Part shown: in pieces, positions 1-7,903 of the stretch
How positions within the stretch are numbered: the first letter of the stretch is position 1
Layout: each line of letters begins with the position of its first letter
Assembly (NCBI RefSeq): GCF_006345805.1
Contig: NW_021827287.1
Span: 1-10,820 of the forward strand
Direction: 5' to 3'
Length of the DNA stretch: 10,820 nt
Source: Octopus sinensis
Taxonomy: Eukaryota
The notes under the pieces: model-generated
The model's database searches: none
Seen by the model: only the letters and a program-made list of their open reading frames with translations
Told to the model about the DNA's origin: nothing
Made by a program: the position numbers and the translations under genes

Positions 1-232
1 TTCACTGGAGAAAAACCAAAAGAACATCACAGTTTGGGAGAACTTGGCTTTCATAATACGCGGGATATCACACGGATCAAAGGCAAGTAACTTGTTGCTC
101 TGAGTGTTGTACAACTGGTCCTGGTAGGAGCTCTTAATTTCAGAAGAACCTGACCATCTACGGATCAACAGGATACCTCAGCTTGTTGATGAGCGTCTTT
201 GCCTTCGTCAAGAGGTTCTCTTTGGCTTTCAA
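1..232 (-). pseudogene. Tc1/mariner-superfamily transposase, decayed start of catalytic domain (runs out of the window)
   Basis: Reads LKAKENLLTKAKTLINKLRYPVDP*MVRFF, then a frameshift, then EIKSSYQDQLYNTQSNKLLAFDPCDIPRIMKAKFSQTVMFFWFFSSE. This matches the WFFSDEK...QDQxxNxQNxRW...MKxKFPxxVM...SSEG pattern of maT/DD37D-like transposases, with the first catalytic Asp lost. It is colinear with 641-1039 once the SINE is removed. Confidence 0.85.
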
Positions 233-640
233 CTCTTATACTCTTTCACTCTTTTAATTGTTTCAGTCATTTGAGTTCTGTGGCCATGCTGGAGTAAGAC
301 TTTATAGTCTAGTAACGCCATCGAGAAAACGACCCCGGAACTTACCTTTGTAAGCCCAGTACTTATTCTATCGGGCCCTTTTGCCGAACCGCTAGATGAC
401 GGGTATATAAACACACCAGCATCGGTTGTCAAGCAATGCTAGGGGGATAAACCAGACACACATACACACACACATATATACACGACGGGCTTCTTTCAGT
501 TTCCGTCTACCAAATCCACTCACAAGGCTTTGGTCGGGGCGACGCTGTAGTAGAAAACACTTAACGAAGGTGCCACGAAGTGGGACTGAACCCATAACAA
601 TGTGGTTGGTAAGCAAGCTACTTACCACACAGCCACTCCT
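233..640 (-). mobile_element. tRNA-derived SINE (CORE-like, octopus type) inserted in the transposase
   Basis: A-box-like TGGCTGTGTGG (635-625), B-box-like GGGTTCAGTCCC (593-582), internal TA/TG microsatellite and a (TAAAAGAG)-like tail at 256-233. It aligns end to end with the inverted copy at 3106-3557. Confidence 0.85.
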
Positions 641-1039
641 GAGCCTTGTCATAGTTTGTCCCTTGCGCCTCTTGTACTTGTGGTACCGCAGGTTCTCATT
701 TAAAGCCAGTTTCATGGAGACGAGTCTAACACCCATCTCTCGCCAGAACCGTAAGTCGAAAGACAGTATGTTGGAAGCTCAAACCTTCCAACATACTGTC
801 CAGATATAGAGTTGGGTGATATCCTATGCACAGACGTAGTCAGAATGCCTGTTGTGACGCTTCCTGTTGGCTACTGCTCTGTAACCTTCGTTGCAGCTCT
901 CCATGTCACGTCTTACTTCCTTTACAGCATTCACAGAGCACTGAGCAGCAGTCATTATGTTGATATTTTAATACCCGGTGCGAATCGTCACGAAAGAGGC
1001 AAATCTTTTCCAATATTCACCTGGCTTGCAGTCCTCCAT
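641..1039 (-). pseudogene. Tc1/mariner-superfamily transposase, decayed N-terminal (DNA-binding) part
   Basis: Hand translation from the ATG at 1039: MEDCKPGEYWKRFASFVTIRTGY*NINIMTAAQCSVNAVKEVRRDMESCNEGYRAVANRKRHNRHSDYVCA*...REMGVRLVSMKLALNENLRYHKYKRRKGQTMTRL. The LARxMGV...ExLRY.xYKxRKGQ pattern is typical of Tc1/maT-like transposases (recalled family pattern). In-frame stops are present, and a SINE breaks it at 640. Confidence 0.85.
762..800. repeat. Perfect 16-bp inverted repeat with a 7-nt loop
   Basis: GACAGTATGTTGGAAG (762-777) and CTTCCAACATACTGTC (785-800). Confidence 0.95.
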
Positions 1040-1161
1040 GTCAGCTAACTTTTTCTCAACTACAGACTTTAAAACAGTTCTATATTTAAGAGAAGAGGAA
1101 TTATGTACACCATTTACAATATTTACATTCGACGATATTTGTCCTCATCTTGTTTGTTATT

Positions 1162-1207
1162 AACACAACGTTTCGGCTAATATACCCTCCAACCTTCTTC
1201 AGGTGTC
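1162..1207 (-). ncRNA. Type I minimal hammerhead ribozyme motif (inverted copy)
   Basis: Minus strand reads GACAC CUGAAGA A GGUUG-loop-UAGCC GAAA CGU U GUGUU. Stem II is kept through G-U pairs. Predicted cleavage after GUU, between 1167 and 1166. Confidence 0.7.
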
Positions 1208-1260
1208 TTGGGGGAAATTTCGAACCTGGATTCTCATTCCTAAAGTATTTTTCGCTGTTA

Positions 1261-1262
<2 letters not shown>

Positions 1263-1326
<64 letters not shown>

Positions 1327-1330
1327 TATT
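1263..1330. repeat. (TTA)n microsatellite inside the hammerhead element
   Basis: Directly visible. A shorter (AAT)n occupies the equivalent position in the inverted arm at ~1403-1423. Confidence 0.95.
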
Positions 1331-1473
1331 GTTCAAGTCACTGCTTGGAATCGAACTCGGAATCTTGGGGTTAGTAGCCCGCGCTCTTAACCAATATGTG
1401 GTTAATAATAATAATAATAATAATATCGAAAAATACCTTAGGAATGAGAACCCAGGTTCGAAATATCCCCCAA

Positions 1474-1519
1474 GACACCTGAAGATGGCTGGAGAGTATA
1501 TCAGCCGAAACGTCGTGTT
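1474..1519 (+). ncRNA. Type I minimal hammerhead ribozyme motif
   Basis: Stem I GACAC (1474-1478)/GUGUU (1515-1519); CUGAAGA (1479-1485); one extra U; stem II GGCUG (1487-1491)/CAGCC (1502-1506); GAAA (1507-1510); loopless palindromic stem III ACGU; predicted cleavage after GUC at 1514. Confidence 0.7.
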
Positions 1520-1586
1520 ATCAACAAACAAGATGAGGACAAATATCCGTCGAATGTAAATAATGTAAATAATGTACAGACTTTAA

Positions 1587-1681
1587 TATTTTTGTTCTCC
1601 ATAGCCGCTGACTGTTACCTAGTCATCAAATTGTTCCTGACAAAAGGAGACACAATCATCAAACTTAGCCCGAACCCCCTG
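1587..1681 (-). mobile_element. Putative 5' end and left TIR of the Tc1/mariner element
   Basis: Removing insert 1073-1574 and one TSD copy joins 1040-1072 to 1587 onward, giving a ~128-bp leader. On the minus strand it starts CAGGGGGTTCGGGCTAAG at 1681; CAG starts are common in this superfamily. The flank is TG rather than TA, and the partner TIR is outside the window. Confidence 0.35.
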
Positions 1682-1830
1682 CATGTGTATTTATATTTAT
1701 GTACTCATGCATGCGCAAAAACCCATTTATGGATCATATGTAATGTAAGTACATTGTGTCAAGCAAAATTTACTATAGAATTCCAGCGGCCGGGAATATC
1801 AACTCCGGATGTTCTGTATTTAAAAACACA

Positions 1831-2380
1831 ATATGTATGTAATGCAGAAAGGCTATACATATCCCAGCTGTTGCGAGTGAAAGCGTCAGATTCCCTTCCG
1901 TCTCGTAGGGTGTTATCAATAGAGTGTGCTCATACTCAGTAGGCTTAAGCAAAAATCCGCCATCACCTACATATACAAAAGCAATGTGCAAATAATCACG
2001 GGTGTTGCAATTATCCGCCTGGCTGAATAAAAATCCATTATATACAACAGAAACGATATTAGATTATATTATCACCGAACGAATACAATGAATTTTGCCT
2101 CTCACGGTGTATTTACATTAAGTATAATACATAAGTGTCTATTTTAATCTGATATAGTTTCTGTGGCATATAATGGAGTTTTACTCAGCCAGGCGGCTGT
2201 TTACAACACCAATGATTGCGTAATCTCTGTTTTCATATATGTCAGTGATGATTGTTGCAAATATAAGCATCCTGTCGTTGAGTGCACATTATTGATAACG
2301 CTCAACGAAGGAGAAATGCATCAAGCGTTGTCACCCGCCTCAGATGGGACGGGTTCTGTCTCCCTCCAATATATATATGT
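1831..2380. repeat. Long, diverged, gap-free palindrome (old foldback/MITE-like element)
   Basis: Position i pairs with 4211-i. Hand count gives 142/209 matches for 2070-1862 versus 2141-2349 with no indel. Weaker similarity continues to ~1831/2380. Confidence 0.8.
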
Positions 2381-2391
2381 ATGTATTGCAG

Positions 2392-2572
2392 GGCGGCGAG
2401 CTGGCAGAAACGTTAGCACGCCGGGTGTAACAACTAATGTTACCTCCCCTCCCGTAACTTAGCGGTTCGGCAAAATAGACCAATAGAATAAGTACTTGGC
2501 TTACAAAGAATAAGTCTTGGCGGTGCTCCAGCATGGCTGCATGCAGTCAAATGTCTGAAACAAGTAAAAGAT
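2392..2572 (+). mobile_element. Chimeric, internally deleted SINE
   Basis: Head GGCGGCGAGCTGGCAGAAACGTTAGCACGCCGGG differs from the other SINE heads here. It joins the same 3' tail as 3106-3557 (CCCGTAACTTAGCGGTTCGGCAAA...GAAACAAGTAAAAG). Confidence 0.7.
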
Positions 2573-2674
2573 GACCTGTGTATTCATTCTTAACATATTC
2601 CGCCGGATTCGAACGCAAATATGCTGATTACTGCTATGTGTACGTCACGGGAGGACAACCTCCCCAGTAAGACG

Positions 2675-2768
2675 GTGTATTCATATCACCCACAACTCGG
2701 TGGTACAAGATATTCTCGAACACCGGTGCTTCAACATGTTTTCTCTTATGTGGGTGATATGAATACAC
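2675..2768. repeat. Perfect 20-bp inverted repeat with a 54-nt spacer
   Basis: GTGTATTCATATCACCCACA (2675-2694) and TGTGGGTGATATGAATACAC (2749-2768). Confidence 0.9.
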
Positions 2769-2851
2769 GTCAGAATCACCCAGAACTCTGAGTTTAAACA
2801 AGAGCCTGGTGTCTTTTTCTAATAACTTCGAGCGAGCAAAATGTCTTCTGA

Positions 2852-2871
2852 TCAATGCTGATATCGGCCAA
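2852..2871 (-). CDS. Candidate terminal coding exon (coding part only)
   Basis: Acceptor gatttattttccag|. In phase 1 it adds (L)GRYQH* to the 4611-4537 exon. No clear poly(A) signal found. Confidence 0.2.
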
Positions 2872-3105
2872 CTGGAAAATAAATCGTTATTTGCTCTGTG
2901 AACAGCGAGGTTTAAATAATGTGTAAATAGACAAGCATCAAACAGAAAAGTATTGACGTGTATTAACCAAATGCAATATTATTTAATGCCAAACTGTATA
3001 GGACTTCACTGTTCTAACGTTTTCGTATTGCTGTTGGATTACCCAGTTAAGTATAACGGTCTCTTGAGTATGTGGCACTATTCTTTAACTGTTTTATATA
3101 GGCAC

Positions 3106-3557
3106 AGAAGTGGCTGTGTGGTAAGTAGCTTGCTTACCAACCACATGGTTCCGGGTTCAGTCCCACTGCGTGGCATCTTGGGCAAGTTCTTCTGCTATAG
3201 CCCCGGGCCGACCACAGCCCCTTTAGTGGTGGATTTGGTAGACGGAAACTGAAAGCCGCCGGTCGTTATATATATTTATATATATATATCTATACGTATG
3301 TATATATATATATATATATATTGTATGTATGTGGGTGTGGTTTGTGTGTCTGTGTTTGTCCCCCTAGCATTGCATGACAACTGATGCTGATGCGTTTACG
3401 TCCCCGTCACCTAGCGGTTCGGCAAAAAGAGACCTATAGAATAAGTACTGGGCTTACAAAGAATAATTCCCGGGGTCGATTTGCTCGACTAAAGGTGGTG
3501 CTCCAGCATGGCCGCAGTCAAATGACTGAAACAAGTAAAAGAGTAAAAGAGTAAAGA
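3106..3557 (+). mobile_element. Full-length tRNA-derived SINE (same family as 233-640)
   Basis: A-box-like TGGCTGTGTGG (3111-3121), GGGTTCAGTCCC (3153-3164), CORE-like CTTGGGCAAG segment, internal (TA)n and a (GTAAAAGA)n tail. Confidence 0.9.
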
Positions 3558-3704
3558 TACTTCTTCCTCTCTTCCTTTTGCTCCATCATCATCTCATTAC
3601 TATGGTCATCACAAACAACACTACCATGTCTTCATCAGCATCATCATTGGACCAATTTGCAGTGGCTGTCTGGTGGGTCACAGATGGAGTGATTATGCGT
3701 GTCT

Positions 3705-4058
3705 TTACACATATGCATATGTAAAGATACATCAGCACACACGCGCACGCATGTGCACGCACACACGCACGCACACATACACACGCACATACACACACAT
3801 ACATACAAACATGCACATATATACACACACATGCATATGCATATACAGTCTGCAGTGAGATATATGAATATATACACAGAACGGTTATATAGACATTGTG
3901 TGGATGTGTGTATATGTGTGTGTATTTAGAAGCACGCAATACTGTACCTAAGTGTGGTGAACGAATATATGCATATATATATATATATGTGTGTGTTTAT
4001 ATATATGTATGTATGTATCTATCTATCTATCTATATATATATATATATATATATATAT

Positions 4059-4092
<34 letters not shown>

Positions 4093-4500
4093 GTGTGTGT
4101 GTAAATATAAAAATAAATAGATTAAGCTAATGACAGATATATAGCCATGTTTCAGGATACATATTCACACATGTGTAAGTGTGCGTATGTTTATTGTGTG
4201 TGTTTGTATAATATTGTAATGTGTATATGTGTATTTGCTTGCATATGTACGTATTGTGTATGTATGTATGTATGTATGTATGTATGTATGTATGTATGTA
4301 TGTATGTGTGTATGTATGTATAATATATATGTATGTATATATATATATATATATAATAATAAATATATTTATGTATATATATGTATATATATATATATAT
4401 TTATGTATATATATATATATGTATATATATATATTATATGTGTGTGTGGGTGGTGTGTGTGTGTGTGTGCGTATGTATGTATGTATGTATGATGTATATA
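3705..4500. repeat. Compound CA/TA/TG/TATG microsatellite field
   Basis: Directly visible; a short less repetitive stretch lies at ~4100-4185. Confidence 0.9.
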
Positions 4501-4536
4501 CACTCACCCACACTGAAAATAGAACCGATTACTTAC

Positions 4537-4611
4537 GCCTTGTAGTTCTAAATACTCTGTCCAGAGCCTGCGCCAAATTATTCGGTGGGATGGGTTTCTT
4601 TTCGTGCACAC
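4537..4611 (-). CDS. Candidate 75-bp internal exon of an unidentified gene
   Basis: Acceptor tattcgatcgcttttgcag| and donor |gtaagt are both close to consensus. Two frames are open: VHEKKPIPPNNLAQALDRVFRTTR (phase 1-1) and VCTKRNPSHRIIWRRLWTEYLELQG (phase 0-0). Protein not recognised. Confidence 0.45.
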
Positions 4612-4707
4612 CTGCAAAAGCGATCGAATAAGGCATGGGTTGACACAAATACACGTCAACAAACAAAGATAAGCCTTAAAATGTAACGCTGAATTAGAAG
4701 GGAGGGT

Positions 4708-4777
4708 GATGAGGATGATGACGACGATGACGACGATGATGACGACGACGACGATGATGATGATGATGATGATGATG
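4708..4777. repeat. (GAT/GAC)n trinucleotide repeat
   Basis: Directly visible. Confidence 0.95.
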
Positions 4778-5205
4778 TTAATGGTAATAATATTCATATC
4801 AATTACAATAAAAAATAGTGATAAATATAAAAGTTTCCCTAATAATAATAATAATAATAGATAAAAATAAAGGAACATAGAGGTGGTGTCGGGACATCAA
4901 AATGATATTTTATTGCTTATTGGCACAAGGCTTTATTTGTAAAATGGGTGGGTATTTCTAATTGCCCTGACCCCGGAAGAATTGGATGGAAAAACGTAAA
5001 AAAAAAATAAAACAAAAGAACAGAAAGCATCATCCGCCTGTCAGATTTGAACTCGAAGCAACGATTCAAAGATGAAGCTATTGTAAAAGAAATTTCTTCT
5101 GGTCCTCTCTCTGTTGTTAAAATATTGCTTGACGTAATGATTTTACAAATGTATGATACGTATAAAGCTAGTCAATGCATATATGTATGCATGTATGCAG
5201 ACAGG

Positions 5206-5266
5206 TATATATATATATATTATATTATATATATATCTATATATATAATATATATTATATATATTA

Positions 5267-5302
<36 letters not shown>
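5206..5302. repeat. (TA)-rich microsatellite
   Basis: Directly visible. Confidence 0.95.
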
Positions 5303-5306
<4 letters not shown>

Positions 5307-5360
5307 CCGACAGGCAGATAATTTTGTACATGCAAGGAAGATGTTCAAAACTTTACTCAG

Positions 5361-5471
5361 TGTCAAGGAGGGACAGTTGTATCTGGTTATGACAGCTGGT
5401 TACGACGAAGTATTCAGTTTAATGATAGAGAAATTCTAATAACTGAATTTGAAGTGCCAGCTGGCCACCTG
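5361..5471 (+). CDS. Alternative candidate exon on the plus strand
   Basis: Strong donor CTG|GTAAGT at 5471/5472 and an open frame CQGGTVVSGYDSWLRRSIQFNDREILITEFEVPAGHL. The acceptor is ambiguous: the AGs at 5313 and 5317 put a TAA in this frame. Confidence 0.2.
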
Positions 5472-5475
5472 GTAA

Positions 5476-5492
5476 GTATGTATGTATGTATG

Positions 5493-5569
<77 letters not shown>

Positions 5570-5620
5570 GGGTGGATGGATAGATAGATAGATAGATAGA
5601 TAATGGGTGGATGGATAGAT
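5476..5620. repeat. (TATG)n followed by (GATA)n microsatellite
   Basis: Directly visible. Confidence 0.95.
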
Positions 5621-6072
5621 AAACGAGGTCTGATCAGAATGTATCGAGACTTTTTCTCTGCCGGCGGAACTAAAGTAAGCAGCGTGAAACTGCTTGGTAC
5701 AGATTGAGTTTGAACTCTTCTATTGTTCATTAGAGGGCTTAAAAGTAAAGTGGGTAGAGTATGGTCGTCTCAAGAAGATGATAGGGTTTCAGTTGCGCGC
5801 AAACTCATTGACTGTATCGAGGAAAATGAAAGCTTTTTGCCAGTTGAAAATATCAGCAGAACATAAAAGAGACAATCCAAAAACATACACCTCGAGTATC
5901 GAGTATATGACAATGTTCTGCACAGACAGATGCTGACTCGATGTCAACAACAAAAGATGTCAGCTTTTCTACACCTCTATATACAGAACATTGGCCAAAT
6001 TGCACCCCAAGAGATATTTAGATCATTAATCAGCATATAAACATATTCATATTTATCAACATATATATTTTT

Positions 6073-6450
6073 GGCGCAATGGCTCAGTGGTTAGGGCAGC
6101 GGACTTGCGGTCGTAAGAACGCGGTTTCGATTCCAAGACCGGGCATTGTGAGTGTTTATTGAGTAAAAACACCTAAGCTCCACGAGGATCCGGTGGGGGA
6201 GGGTGGTGAACCCCGCTGTACTCTTTCACCACAACTTTCTCTCACTCTTTCTTCCTGTTTCTGTTGTACCTGTATTTCAAAGGGCCAGCCTTGTCACTCT
6301 CTGTGTCACGCTGAATATCCCCGAGAACTACGTTAAGGGTGGACGTGTCTGTGGAGTGCTCAGCCACTTACACGTTAATTTCACGAGCAGGCTGTTCCAT
6401 TGGTCGGATCAACCGGAACCCTCATCGTCGTAACCGACGGAGTGCTTCCA
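6073..6450 (+). mobile_element. tRNA-derived SINE, a further family (tRNA-Arg-like head)
   Basis: A box TGGCTCAGTGG (6080-6090) and B-box-like GTTTCGATTCC (6124-6134). The head resembles eukaryotic tRNA-Arg but does not form a cloverleaf. About 300 bp of non-tRNA body follows. Confidence 0.8.
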
Positions 6451-6486
6451 CCACTCTTTCACCACAACTTTCTCTCACTCTTTCTA

Positions 6487-6548
6487 ATGGCGGTGCCCCA
6501 GCATGGCCACAGCTCAGCTAGTGAGCTAAAACTAGATAAAATAAAGAA
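6487..6548 (+). mobile_element. SINE 3'-tail fragment
   Basis: GGCGGTGCCCCAGCATGGCCACAGCTCA...A-rich tail. It is related to the GGTGGTGCTCCAGCATGGCCGCAGTC tail of the 3106-3557 SINE. Confidence 0.7.
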
Positions 6549-6575
6549 AAAAAAAGATAAAATATGACTTCTAAC

Positions 6576-6620
6576 GAGCAGATTGGGAGCACAATTCCTT
6601 TGCAAACTTCTTCTCTGATT
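6576..6620 (-). CDS. Candidate 45-bp exon upstream of 4611-4537
   Basis: Acceptor tttctaccgacctaccacag|, weak donor |gttaga. The phase 1-1 reading SEKKFAKELCSQSA joins in frame to the next candidate exon. Confidence 0.25.
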
Positions 6621-6989
6621 CTGTGGTAGGTCGGTAGAAACGTGTTGACAATTTGAGAGATTATATAGAAAAATGATACCAATGTATGTCACGTATTATT
6701 ATATATTGTGAATATAAATTTATTCATTACATTATTTATACTTTCGGCTCGGATTAATATTGAACAAACCACGTACATACACATATACACACTGCACATA
6801 CACACATATGCTTACATACACAAATACAAATACACTTATAGTGCATAGCACATTACGTTTATACATAAATGTATATGAATATTAATGTAAACTTCGTAGC
6901 GTAAGTAGAAGTATTCCACGCAACTTAATTACATTACATATGTGGGCGTCAGTGAGTGACAGAGAGAGGTTGTGGAAGACGAAGCATGT

Positions 6990-7020
<31 letters not shown>

Positions 7021-7142
7021 TATATATAATATATTATATATATATATATATTTATATAGTTTACACGTATGTATGTATGTATGTATGTGTGTATGTATGT
7101 ATGTATATGTGTGTGTGTATGTATATATGTTTTGTTTATGTT

Positions 7143-7280
7143 TTCCAGTTTCAGCTCTTGAGCTGTGGCCATGCTGGGGCACCGCCATATGTATGTATTT
7201 ATGTATGACCGCAGGCAAATGACTCACACAAGTAAAAGAATAGAGTGAATTTGGTAGACGGAAAATGAAAGAACACCGTC
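7143..7280. mobile_element. Mosaic of SINE fragments
   Basis: Minus-strand tail at 7143-7188, degraded plus-strand tail at 7209-7242, and the internal piece ATTTGGTAGACGGAAA at 7243-7280 that matches the 3106-3557 SINE. Confidence 0.6.
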
Positions 7281-7281
7281 A

Positions 7282-7337
<56 letters not shown>

Positions 7338-7708
7338 GATATGCACACACAAACATATAGCTATATCTTTATACATACATACATATACATATATATATAC
7401 ATATATACATATGTATAGATGTATATATAAACGATGTGCATCTATGGAGCAATGTATGTTTGTATACACACACAAACACACACACACGCACACACACAAA
7501 CACACACACACGCACACACACACACACACGCACATATTTATGCACACACACAAGCTGAGTAGACGATGGCAACGTGAACCGAATTCTTTTGTCCAAAAAC
7601 AATATATTGCGTTATGTTGTTGAGAAAAAAAAGAATCGAAACCACAAGTTTACGATCAAGATTGCACAACAGAAAACAATGAAATACCAGCCTCTACGTA
7701 CGTACACT

Positions 7709-7746
<38 letters not shown>

Positions 7747-7755
7747 GATATGTAT

Positions 7756-7824
7756 ATCCACTCACAACGACTTGGTCGGTCTGAGGCTATAGTAGAAGAC
7801 AATTGACTAAGGTGCACTCAGTGG
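7756..7824 (-). mobile_element. SINE internal (CORE-like) fragment
   Basis: Minus strand reads GCACCTTAGTCAATTGTCTTCTACTATAGCCTCAGACCGACC...GTGAGTGGAT, matching the body of the 233-640 and 3106-3557 SINEs. Confidence 0.7.
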
Positions 7825-7855
7825 ACCCATATGAATATATATGTATGTATATGTG

Positions 7856-7903
<48 letters not shown>

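Larger units (their letters stand above)
1073..1574 (-). mobile_element. Non-autonomous retroelement: tRNA-like head, (AAT)n and hammerhead-bearing Penelope-like tail, with an inverted second tail and a 12-bp TSD
   Basis: TACAGACTTTAA is repeated exactly at 1061-1072 and 1575-1586. Arms ~1105-1260 and ~1420-1577 are inverted copies, about 90% identical by hand alignment. B box GAGTTCGATTCC lies on the minus strand at 1358-1347. Confidence 0.8.

Noticed and set aside
1150-1559. Paired ORFs sharing TTFRLIY.P..FRCLGG.FEPGFSFL.YFS with poly-Leu or poly-Ile
   Set aside because: They are by-products of the inverted hammerhead arms and the (TTA)n tract.
2599-2670. SAGFERKYADYCYVYVTGG resembling a C-type lectin domain start
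   Set aside because: The first Cys is missing, there is no upstream acceptor AG, and the frame is short.
2675-2768. Possible SECIS or pre-miRNA downstream of a TGA
   Set aside because: A perfect Watson-Crick stem lacks the non-canonical GA quartet, and the 54-nt spacer is too large for a typical pre-miRNA.
4708-4777. Poly-Asp coding potential
   Set aside because: No splice sites or flanking coding context; it is a simple trinucleotide repeat.
4915-5060. Faint SINE-like remnant sharing TTGGCAC(A/G)AGGC with ~9855-9867
   Set aside because: Too short and degraded to support from this window alone.
5735-6040. Mariner-like look of GLKSKVGRVW...RVSVARKLIDCIEENESFL...KRQS
   Set aside because: The WVP and GDETW motifs are absent and large gaps are needed; it cannot be told from chance without an HMM search.
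6073-6145. Possible tRNA gene
   Set aside because: Acceptor and T stems do not pair, and the sequence runs into a SINE body.
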